Positions 53,734-64,000 of a DNA stretch of 64,000 nucleotides are shown here, piece after piece (position 1 is the stretch's first letter; each line of letters starts with the position of its first letter). The position numbers and the translations under genes were made by a program. The notes beneath the pieces are model-generated. The model did no database searches, was not told the origin of the DNA, and saw nothing but the letters and a program-made list of their open reading frames with translations. Location: assembly GCA_043228905.1 (NCBI GenBank), contig JBHGNT010000002.1:24490001-24554000 (forward strand). The letters run 5' to 3'. Source of the DNA: Azolla caroliniana. Its lineage: Eukaryota; Plantae; Polypodiophyta.

Positions 53734-55744
53734 GGAAGCGTATTGGCTTGTACCTTATTGCACACATCGGCATAATGACGATACTTCTCTGGAAGTTGAA
53801 TTGTGGATTCCTCTTTAGTGGTGTTGGAAGGTTTTACTGATACCACGAAGAAGAACATTGCTTCCTTGCGTCCTTCCTCACGCAATTGATGGAGCGAAAT
53901 GGTTGCAATCCTATGAGTAGATCCTCGGGTTTGTCAATACCGGATTTCTCTTGTTCTCCAATCTATGTCTGGGTTATGTAATTTGAACCATGGTAATCCC
54001 AAAACAATGGGATGTTCTGGGGTACTAATTATATTAAATGATACTACACACGCTAAATTATCTAGGACAATATTAATTGGCTTTGACTCTTCAATGATAT
54101 TTCCAGAAGCAATGGGACGACCATCAATGACTATTACGAAGGCTGGACAAGGGAGTTTTCTTAGGGATATTTGATAAGCTTGGGCAAAATTCCTATCCAT
54201 GAAGCAATAATTAGCTCTAGAATCTAGGAGTCCTAAGACATGTACTAGAGGGGTACTTTTAGTACTAACTATTACTTGAGCTAAGAACGCATTGTTAACT
54301 TGGTTAGAGGCAATGGAACCACTAATGGGCTGCACAGATCTAGGGTTGTCCAACCAAACGGCTCCTATTTTGGTTGGACTTAATCGTTTAACTCTTCTTC
54401 TTACTGACTAAGGACATCATAATTGTTTGATAGACTTGGGCTATTAGTACTATTAGGACTATCAAACACTCCTACCGAAATAGACTCGGGTTTAGTACAA
54501 GCAACTATTTGATTTACTTGTCTTCTTGGCCAATGTGGACAGTTTATTTTGATTTACTTGTCTTCTTGGCCTATGTGGACAATTTATTGCGATATGCCCT
54601 GGTCCTCCACAGTACAAACATAATCGATTTACTCGGCGTCGTTGCTTTTCTTCTTCTGACGATGGTCCACGACGACGTGTGGTGTCGATTTCCATCTGTG
54701 TTGGAGTATTTGCCGGAGATGCATGATATGACTCCCTTGCAAATGGTTTTGCTACGACCGAGGCGTATGTGGGGTCCGACCTAGTCCTTGGCATTTGTAA
54801 CTGGTGTTCTGAACGTCATTCGAAACACCAGGTATCGCATCATACCGCTCGATTGATTGCCTCTATGAGCGATTTTGGTTCTTCGAAGAAAGTCAGGAGT
54901 AAGTCTTTGGCATCATTTCGTAGGCCATATCGAAATTCCTCCATCAATGCTTGGTCATCCCAGGGGATATCAGAAACAAGTAGACGGAAATCTGCAGCAT
55001 AAGCGGAGGTTGGACGATCACCTTGACATAATCGTCGGATTTTGTTGATTGTCGTCGTTATGTTATCAGTATCTCCAAAATAGGCTTTAAACTCGCTTAC
55101 AAACTCTTCAAAATTATTTAGTAAGGGAGAACTTTTTTCCAACAACGGAGTGAACCATGCCAAAGCTGAGCCGCTCAGTAACGTGCCTACTAGACCCACT
55201 CGTGATGCATCGGTGGGATATCGGGAAGGATGCATTTGAATGACTAATCGTACATGATTAAGGAATCCTCTAAACTGTGGTCGCGTTCCATCGAATTTCA
55301 TAGGAAGGCCGATCTTGGGCTCTTTATGAATCCCTTGAGTACTTGATCCTTGTTGTTACAATGCTACAATGGTTGCTTCAAGTTGTTGCACGTGTAACGC
55401 TAACTCCCCATGTTGTTGTTGCGCTTGCTGCTTTTCTAAAGAGATTTGTTGAAGATTCCCCCACAACCGTTGATTTTCTTGTTCCAATGCGACAAACCTT
55501 TCTTTCAAGCATTGCAGATCCGAGAAAACAGATTGGTATTCTTGAGCGCTAACAATTGCCATCGTATTGGAGAAAGGAAGCATAAGAAGATTAGTATGAA
55601 GGGAAGGAGGGATACAAAGCTAACGAGGAAAATCGGTTCAAACTGTCAGGGATAATACTAGAGGCAAGGAGAATTAGTACTAAAGGTAGAGGAGAAGAAT
55701 GAGGATTAGTACTAAGAAGGGAAAGAGTGTGTGAGAACCACGTG

Positions 55745-55793
<49 letters not shown>

Positions 55794-58307
55794 TGATAAC
55801 AACAAGAAGTATCATATATTATAAGAAGAAAGATACAAGAACAGCTAGGAGGCTTAATAAGACTGGCGTTGAACCGATTTGGTTCTTGATAATGTCATGT
55901 GCCTCTTTTTATAGTGGCTTTAGGAATACTCTTGACATTTCTAGAATGTTCCAGAGAAATCTAGAATATACATGGATTTCCTAAGTGAAATAATAAATGG
56001 AAATAATATTTTTTGTATTATAACTTATAGCTTAATGGTAAGGCTTTTGCTCATGTGCTACAAGGTCATGGGTTCAAGTCTTTTTGAAGCCATACCATGC
56101 TATATCATGACATTATGATTCCACTTGTAAAAAGATATCCACGCACCTTGCAATGATGTATGCTTGATCTCCAACAAACGGGCAACGGATGAATGATCAG
56201 AAAATTATATGTCCTCTGCCCATAAATTGTATGTCTACCACATTATTTATTTCTTCCGGAAAATATGCATACAACATATGACGCAACTCAAGCCTATTCA
56301 GCCTTAATCCTTCCAAATGCGCCACCAACAACACCGCCTCCAACCGTTGTATTTCTGTCAAAACAAGGGTTTTTGCAATATCTGACAAGGAGAGTGAGAT
56401 GACCTTACCTGAAATATAAGAAGAGATGTTTGGAGGGTCGAGGGAAGTTACACCAGAACTCCCTCTGTGTGTTGACTCATGTGCCGCTCGTTTCTTTGCC
56501 ATCACTCGTTTCTCTACAACTCGCGCTCGTCACTCTCAATTCTGTTTTCAATAAAAAGAAATTAGTTGAGTTCGTTTAATGTAATATTGTGGATTATTAG
56601 TTGATCATTGTAATTGTTGTATAGTTGGAGAAGGTAGTTACCTCTATAACTAGACAAGAGAGAGAGTGTGTGTGTGTGAGTGTATGTAACTCTGTAGTCA
56701 TCAATCAACGAAGAAGAGTTCAAGGTTGTTGTCTTGAATCCTCTTGTTGTACTCCTCCCTTTATAGTGATTCGTTTTGGATTTTGTAGACTCTATGTGAT
56801 TTTTCCCATTCGGGTTTTCCATGTAACTAATACTTGTGTGTCTCTACTTTTTGTTTCGTTTTTTTTTTGTCTTGTCTGTGCATTATCTTTCACGTTCTTT
56901 GCACCCGCATTCTCATACGAATGAACCGGTTGTGTCTGGATCGATTCTAAAAAAGATTAATGTACAATCCGCAAGAAATTAGGTCCACCAAATTTGGGAT
57001 GTTCAAACTTCTAATTATAGTTAGCCTCAAATTTTCCGCAACCAATGTGTATTTGTCACAAAAGCTTCCTTAGTTCGGTAGAAAGATATTTCATTCATTT
57101 TATTGTTATTTGGCAATATCATGTTTAATATAAGAGGAATGCATATGAAAGATATTTACTCCACATACGTAGTTAGCTCTGATGCATGTTATTCTTGATA
57201 ATCTAAATGTCTCTAAGAATCTTGATGCTAATGATCATATCATACAACACCAAGAGATTCAAGTCAAACTATTTCTCCATTTACTCAAGTTGCATAGAAG
57301 TTCGTTATAGATCCTCATAGCCTCAACCTATCATTAGATAAACATATTTCCATATTAGGGTTGTTTGTGGTTATTGAGATGTAATGTGAAGATTACCAAG
57401 CCGTTCAAGCAATTACATTATCAATCTCTACACAAATCAATGATGTGGCATTTCCTTTAGATCTTCCATCATTTATGCATTTACACTAAATGGTCCACGT
57501 CCCATTGTTGAACCCATCGCGTCTACCTCTATTCCAAGTGGACAGTTCCACCTCATCTTGTTTCAACTTGTTGGTGGACCAAAGTTCAAGTTGATATTGT
57601 TTTGGATCTACGATCATCCATAACAAGTTATAATACCTCACCGAATGGTTAGACTAAACAATTAGCGGTCAAACTTTGGGAATCCAATGAGAATAATGCT
57701 AATGCCCAGGCTAATGTACAAGAATTTCATGTTAGTATCCTGATAAACCAGGCCCTATTTTGTGCCATTATGAGTTGTGCAACTCGTTGTCAAAGGAAAG
57801 GAATGGTGTTGTGAGCAGAAACAATGTTACAAGTGTCACAAGACTTGAACCCCATAATCACTTCAATGTGCATGTTAAACTTTAACCATTACGTTATCAT
57901 ATTAAAACATTTCATCTAAAATTGTAAATATTCACATTATTGTGACAACATGTGATATAGTTATCATAGCACATTCTGTGATAGTTATGCACGATAGCCA
58001 AGTGGCAATAGTACATCACAACTAGGTGACAAACATAACTTGACTATATACATGGAAGATCACAATATTGTCAAACCATTTTGATTCTATACCGGTGTTT
58101 GGCATAACCTTATAACACTTGTTCTTTTGTAATGTATAACCTCTTCATTATTTTACAATTCAAAATGCAATCGTTCAACTGTCTAATGTCGATTAAAGTT
58201 ACATGTCATCCTCACGAACGAAGATTAAGAGTAGAAGACCCTCAAGTAGTGTGGAATAAGCTAATCCCCGAGAGGATGCCGTATTGTTTTATGTGTTAAA
58301 GTGGTTT

Positions 58308-58525
58308 TGTGCAAATATTAGAGAACGGGATTAGTCACTAATAATGTGTGTCAATATGCAAAACCAAAATCTAGAGCGATTTGTGCAAATATTATAGAAC
58401 AAGATTAGTCACCAATAATGCATGTTAGTATCTAGAAGCAAAATCTATAGTGATTTGTGCAAATATTAGAGAATGGGATTAGTCACTAGTAATGCATATC
58501 AATATGCAAAACCAATATCCATAGC
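58308..58525. repeat. ~73-bp tandem repeat x3
   Basis: TTGTGCAAATATTA.AGAA..GATTAGTCAC occurs three times. Confidence 0.85.
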
Positions 58526-59199
58526 GACAATAAGAATATGACCATCAATAATCTTCACTAGGGCATCAAACGATTTGTTGTCTCTACCACAATGAATGTT
58601 GAAGCATGCAGTTGGTGAGATGCATAGTTGTTAAAAAACATGTATTTTACGTTTAGAGTACCTTTTTGTTTACTTTAAGGGAATTTAACCGGTGTTCCAC
58701 GTTCTAGAACCGTCATTATACTTTTCCACATATTATGTATTCTAAATATTCCATAGTCAACAAGTATTTATACATTCCCCATAAATTAATAAATAAGTGG
58801 CAAAATAAGAATTGTTAGATTTAATACAAATATAAGAAGTATTTATATTATTCAACGTGTTTATTTTATCTTTAAAATATGTATTCCTATGTATATTTTA
58901 AAAAATGTAGAATACTTTTAGAAAAATAGCTCATATATTCTACGCAGATTGTATGCAAAGGTATTTTATGACTAGGAGAATGGATAATGATGATATGGAA
59001 AACGATAATACTTTTTCCAAAATCGATGAAAGATTAGTGAGTCAAGGCTAGGAAAATATAGTGCCAACAAAGTGCATGTAATATCAAGTAGTCTTTGATT
59101 TCTATATTTGATGGTTGTTTTATAGTGTAGGAGAGTGTATTGATGAACAATGGTATTGGACATAACATGTTGAACAATGGAATTGCGTGAGTGGGAGAA

Positions 59200-60075
59200 A
59201 CTAATGTTCAAATATGAAGTTACTGATTTGTGGCATATTCCTACTTTCTCTCACACGCAAGATTCCTTGTTATATTCACGTTCCAATCGAAGAAATGTTG
59301 CTCTCAATTTGTCCTGAATAGATAGGTTTTATGTAGATTCTTTCTTTGGGGATCGTGGAGGATATGTGGGTATTGTATGTGGCACTTCGTTCTCTAATCA
59401 TGCTCCGGTTTTGCTAAAATTATGTATGGACAACCATAATTCTATTTCTCGACTATATGTGCCAAGGTTTATTGTTGTTGATATGACTTTGCAACATTCA
59501 GTTTTTTCACTTTGGAGAATGGTTGTTGGTGATTCTAATTGTCAAAAACTACAGAATGCTCTTATTGCAGTCTCCAACTTCTTTGTACAACAAGCTAACA
59601 TAAAACAGAGTAATTACACTAGAGGTTTGTTGAATGCAAAGAGAGGTTTGGCTTCCCTTCGAATTTTGCAGGAAAAACAACCACATTCTCAATATATTCA
59701 TTCTAAATTGCAAAATGTTATGATGTTGATTTCTTCTTTGCAGCAAAGACGTGCACAATTTTCTTTTCAAACATCTACAACAAGATGGTGTGCAAAAGGT
59801 GACACCATGTCAATTATTTTTCAAAATGTTATGCCTAAAGAAATAAAATCCAGATTGTGCAGTTGAAAATATCTAACGGTTATGTAACGAATAGAGTTGA
59901 AATTAGGCATATTGTAGCTGATTATTATGAGTCTTTGTTATCAACAGATATTCCCAGTGTTGAAGTTCTACAAATGTGTCAAAAAGTTTGGACAACTACT
60001 TCCGTCAAGGTAACATCTTGGATGTTGCATCAACTTCTCTGTCCCTTTTCCTCCTTTGAAATTTGCAAGTTATCA
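59200..60075 (+). mobile_element. L1-like LINE fragment (EN C-terminus to RT linker)
   Basis: DRFYVD..GIVCGTSFSNHAPVLLKL is paralogous to ORF 48428..49045. Confidence 0.75.
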
Positions 60076-60232
60076 AAGGTGTTGAGATAGATGTCTTCCT
60101 GGAAGTAGATGGAATGGGGAGAGATGAAATCATCTGTTTTATATATGACATCTGTTGGGAAACAAGTCCCTCCGGATGGGAAGGAAGAAGAACAGTGCTG
60201 ATGAACACACTCGGCCGAGGCCGACAGGCCTC

Positions 60233-60520
60233 AACCGAAACCGTATGAGGAGGACCCGGCTACGGAGAGCCGGATGGTGCAGACCCAGTATGAACCGGAT
60301 GAGGAGTACCCGGCTACGGAGAGCCGGATGGTGCAGGCCCGGTATGAACCGGATGAAGAGTACCCGGCTACGGAGAGCCGAATGGTGCAGGCCCGGTATG
60401 AACCGGATGAGGAGTACCCGGCTACGGAGAGCCGGATGGTGCAGGCCCGGTATGAACCGGATGAGGAGTACCCGGCTACGGAGAGCCGGATGGTACAGAC
60501 CCGGTGAGAACCGGATGAAG
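60233..60520 (+). repeat. 54-bp tandem repeat, ~5 copies, in the Copia LTR U3
   Basis: ATGAACCGGATGAGGAGTACCCGGCTACGGAGAGCCGGATGGTGCAGGCCCGGT repeated. Confidence 0.95.
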
Positions 60521-61855
60521 AGACATATTCGTAAATATGTTTCTGAGAGCCCATCGAGGCTACATTTGTAAATAGCCGAAAAGTCATATTAGTATAAATA
60601 TGACTTAGGGCAAACTCTTAGTGACTATTGTTGTTGTCATTTTTTCCCTGTTGGTGCAAGAAGAAGAGAGAGCACGTAATAATGTACAGAGAGAGAGAGA
60701 GAGAGAGAAAGAGATCATTGTCTCTGTTGTAACCGCCGCCTGTGGCGAAGATCTGTGAGCACGAGGTCGTTGCCTCAGTGAACTCACTGTTGTACATTCC
60801 CACATAGTGACAGTTTGCAGCCTGTGGGCTGCCGTGGTTTTTCCCTCTTTGGGTTTTCCACGTAAACCTCCTGTCGAATACAAGTGTATAATGGACGTAT
60901 TCACACTATCCCTTTGTATAGATCAAGTTTGGGCCATTTGTGTAATTAGCATAAATGGTAGTTGCCCTAAGTTTGTCACTATACATAGTGACCTTGTAAC
61001 CTTTTTGTAAGGTTGGGTTGTATTATTGTTTTCTATGGAATAGAAAGAGTCTTCTTGTGCCTTCTCTCTCTCTCTCTCTCTCTCTGTGTGCACGTTTTGA
61101 GAAATTGGAATACGCAGGTACTCAAAACCCTAATCGAATGCTTCTTGATCTTCCGCATCGACACGGCCTTGTCTCCAACATCTGGTATCAGAGCCTGCAC
61201 AGTATTCGGTCCCTCAACCCGCTGTCGGCCGTCGTCTCAACCTGCACAACATTCGGTTTTTCGCTTCATCAGAGCCTGCACAGTATTCGGCCTTTCGCTT
61301 CATCCTAGTCTGCAAAGCATTCGGCCTCTTGCGTCATTCGAAGAAACAGAGAAGAAAGTAGGCAGACACAAGCTTGAATCTCGCTACGTTAGATCATCAC
61401 TCGGAGTAAGCCAGTCGGCTGTACTCTACTTCCCTGATCGTAACTGCTTGAGGTGGGCTTCCTGCACAACGACGACTTCAAGGACAACAACCCAAATTCG
61501 TGCTTCATCCGGCTGATCGACATTCGGGAGGATCAGTTGGATCCGTCTCTCTCGTCGCTGCAGTCACCCGAAGCAGAATCGGTCCAGACAATCGGTTTCA
61601 ATAATCGGTATCTGGCATATATATTCGGAAGCGAACCGGGCTCACTCCAACTCGGCAACATTCGGGAAGACCAGTCGGTTCTGTCCCTCAAGTTACTGGA
61701 GTCAATTCGAGCAAGTTCAACAATACATATATCCGAAGCCGAACCGACTCGGGTCCAAATCCGACTAGAACGATATCGGGTGAGCCAACCGGCTGCACTC
61801 CAACAAGGTTCGTAGTCAACTCCGAACCGAGCTTCGTCAACCGAAACCAAATTTG

Positions 61856-64000
61856 ATGGCATCAACATCCGGCTCGTCAGAAATGAGTCTACGAAAGTTC
61901 AATGGATCGAACTTCAACTTCTGGAAGGAGCAAATGCAGGACTATCTCATAGTCAAGGGGCAAATCGATCCCATCGAAAATGAAGAACCTCCAGAAGGAT
62001 ACAAACCAATTGAGTGGCAGAAGCTGGACAGAATCGTCCGCGCCACGATTCGGATGCACCTATCGGAATCGGTATACTTTACGGTGCAATCGTGTACGAC
62101 AGCATTCGAACTGTGGAAAACACTGTCGGACACTTACGAAAAGAAGGTCGCTGCAACAAAGATGTTTCTGATCCGGCGCCTCTACAACTTGCGGATGAAA
62201 GAATCAGATTCGGTTCAAGCACATCTCAATGAGTACGAAAGCATAAGCTCCCAAATCTCATCTCAGGGGACGGCAATAGAGGATGAACTCAGAGCAATGA
62301 TACTCATGAGCAGCCTTCCCTCATCATGGGAAACTTTCGTCACAACCGTGTGCAACGCGTCAACCACGGTTGTTAAATACTCCGAAGTCACGAGCGCAAT
62401 CCTGACCGAAGCAGCTCGGAGAAAGTCTTTCGCCAAAGACTCAACAGACGACGCTTATGTAGTACAAGGTTCGACAGACCGATCGAACATACGAGGAAGA
62501 GATTCCTCACGGCAGCCGAACAATCAGCGAAGACGGAGCCAGTCACGGGATAATCGAATCTGCAACTATTGCAAGAAACCCGGACACATCAAAGCCGACT
62601 GCCGCGCACTCAAGAACAAGAACGACAAGTCTCAGAAATCAGACAAGAAGAGTGGCCGGCATGAGGAGATCAATTACGTCAGCTCCTCAGCTGATGTGTT
62701 ACCAAACGACCCGAATATACTATCAATCGAAAATCCAGTCGGATCAGAAGTTCTGCTCACGACTGAAGAATCGAGCACATGGCTCTTAGATTCGGGCGCG
62801 TCATTTCACGTGACTCCTCATCGATCCCAATTTCGGCAATATACGATCCGTCACTCCGACTCAGTTCGAGTCGGCAACTCGCAACACTGTGACATCATTG
62901 GAATCGGCACAGTAGAGCTCAACCTTGCAGGTGGCTCTACACTTGTACTTCACAATGTCCGACATGTACCCGAGCTCTCAAGGCCATTGATCTCAGTCGG
63001 ACAACTAGATGAAGACGGCATTCGTGCCGGTTTTTCTTCGGGAGGGTGGACACTCCACAGGGGGAACCTCCTGCTTGCCAGAGGACCCAAGATACACTCA
63101 TTGTATCCGTTACACGTTACGCTCAGAGAGGGTAACCTGTTTTTGGTGGATATTCCTGTGTCATCACTATGGCACAGAAGATTAGGACACCTCAGCAAGG
63201 CCGGCATTACGCACCTATCTAGAGCCGGATACATCCCTAAACTCTCCTTCTCGGACCATCAATTCTGCGAACATTGCCAGTATGGCAAACATGCAGCCGC
63301 ATCACACCCGAGATCAGCACCAAGAGAAACGAGACCTCTCGATTTAGTCCACTCGGACGTCTGTGGCCCAATGCCGCATCAGTCTCTCGGCGGTGCCTCT
63401 TACTTCGTCAGTTTTATTGACGATTCGACTCAAAAGGTGTGGGCTTATCCAATTCGCACCAAAGATCGTGTCTTCTCGATCTTCTCCGATTGGCTCGCTA
63501 TGGTAGAAAATCAAACTGACCGAAAACTGAAATGCCTTCGGACCGACAATGGGGGAGAGTTCAAATCAGAAGAATTCGTCAAATTCTGCCGACAACGCGG
63601 CATCCGACGTGAATTTACGGCACCACACAGTCCGGAGCAAAACAGGATTGCAGAACGCATGAATCGGACAATCCAAGAACGGATAGTTTCCATGCTCCAA
63701 CACTCCAGACTGTCGGATGGCTTCTGGGCAGAGGCTCTACTCACGGCAGTACACATAATCAATATGTCGCCAAGTAGACCTCTAGGACTTCAAATTCCTC
63801 AGGAACTATGGATCGGCAGTAAGCCGAATTACGACAAGCTGAGGATCTTCGGATGCGAGGCGTACGCCCTTATTCCGAAAGATGATCGCCGAAAACTTGC
63901 ACCTCGGTCCAGGAAATGCATTTTCCTTGGATATGGATCCGACGGCGAAATAGGATACCGACTCTGGGACCCCGAACGCAGACAAATCGTTCGAAGTTCG
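61856..64000 (+). CDS. Copia Gag-Pol polyprotein (partial, apparently uninterrupted)
   Basis: KFNGSNFNFWK, CNYCKKPGHIKADC, WLLDSGASFH, WHRRLGH, HSDVCGP, RTDNGGEF, AERMNRT and CIFLGY are all in the frame of the ATG at 61856. It is absent from the ORF track, consistent with no stop inside the window. Confidence 0.92.
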   Translation, partial: MASTSGSSEMSLRKFNGSNFNFWKEQMQDYLIVKGQIDPIENEEPPEGYKPIEWQKLDRIVRATIRMHLSESVYFTVQSCTTAFELWKTLSDTYEKKVAATKMFLIRRLYNLRMKESDSVQAHLNEYESISSQISSQGTAIEDELRAMILMSSLPSSWETFVTTVCNASTTVVKYSEVTSAILTEAARRKSFAKDSTDDAYVVQGSTDRSNIRGRDSSRQPNNQRRRSQSRDNRICNYCKKPGHIKADCRALKNKNDKSQKSDKKSGRHEEINYVSSSADVLPNDPNILSIENPVGSEVLLTTEESSTWLLDSGASFHVTPHRSQFRQYTIRHSDSVRVGNSQHCDIIGIGTVELNLAGGSTLVLHNVRHVPELSRPLISVGQLDEDGIRAGFSSGGWTLHRGNLLLARGPKIHSLYPLHVTLREGNLFLVDIPVSSLWHRRLGHLSKAGITHLSRAGYIPKLSFSDHQFCEHCQYGKHAAASHPRSAPRETRPLDLVHSDVCGPMPHQSLGGASYFVSFIDDSTQKVWAYPIRTKDRVFSIFSDWLAMVENQTDRKLKCLRTDNGGEFKSEEFVKFCRQRGIRREFTAPHSPEQNRIAERMNRTIQERIVSMLQHSRLSDGFWAEALLTAVHIINMSPSRPLGLQIPQELWIGSKPNYDKLRIFGCEAYALIPKDDRRKLAPRSRKCIFLGYGSDGEIGYRLWDPERRQIVRSS

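Larger units (their letters stand above)
50251..56112 (-). mobile_element. Complete but degenerate Ty3/gypsy chromovirus (Tcn1/Tf1-like)
   Basis: LTRs 55644-56112 (5') and 50251-50710 (3'), 5-bp TSD TTATG. Gag with CLYCGGPGHIAINC, protease LLDSRA, RT YLDD, RNase H SDFALG..DKELLAI, integrase fragments, chromodomain EYEV..YCLVDWLGY..TWEP, and G-rich PPT at 50711-50742. Confidence 0.95.
45790..56540 (-). mobile_element. Near full-length degenerate L1-like LINE (ORF1 + EN-RT-zf ORF2), interrupted by a chromovirus
   Basis: ORF1 starts at about 56505. APE endonuclease NILSWNVQGL, VGDFN, SDHSP; RT WRPITLLNVVYKILAK, LDFEKAYDRVDW, VRQGCPLAPFLF, FVDD, YLG; zf-RVT at 45806-46111. Confidence 0.9.
60153..64000 (+). 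mobile_element. Ty1/Copia retrotransposon: 5' LTR 60153-61180, tRNA-iMet PBS, gag-pol; runs off the window
   Basis: TGTTGG..CCAACA LTR followed by PBS TGGTATCAGAGCC (61183-61195). Confidence 0.95.

Noticed and set aside
60155-60587. Repetitive ORFs on both strands and a CRISPR-like appearance
   Set aside because: These are contiguous 54-bp tandem units inside an LTR with no unique spacers. The ORFs stay open because the unit length is a multiple of three.

Overview
AT-rich eukaryotic nuclear DNA from a land plant. The TE types suggest a non-seed plant such as a fern, but that is inference. I reconstructed four intron-containing genes by hand with phase-consistent GT-AG junctions: a branched-chain aminotransferase (BCAT, minus strand, 10 exons), ribosomal protein RPS15a (plus), a PRD3/PAIR1-like meiotic DSB gene (minus, 11 exons, mostly missed by the ORF track) and a GYF-domain EXA1/GIGYF-like gene (plus, 12 exons). 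Both flanks (1-8 kb and 40-64 kb) are nested transposons: L1-like LINEs, hAT MITEs, a short-LTR Ty3 element, solo LTRs, a complete chromovirus inside a LINE, and a young Copia that runs off the window. Three observations stand out. The chromovirus has no tRNA PBS but shows a Tf1-type self-priming layout. tRNA-like A/B-box modules recur inside LTRs of unrelated elements. The otherwise intact BCAT has Gln at the conserved PLP-binding Glu. I cannot support a wholly new multi-gene system.
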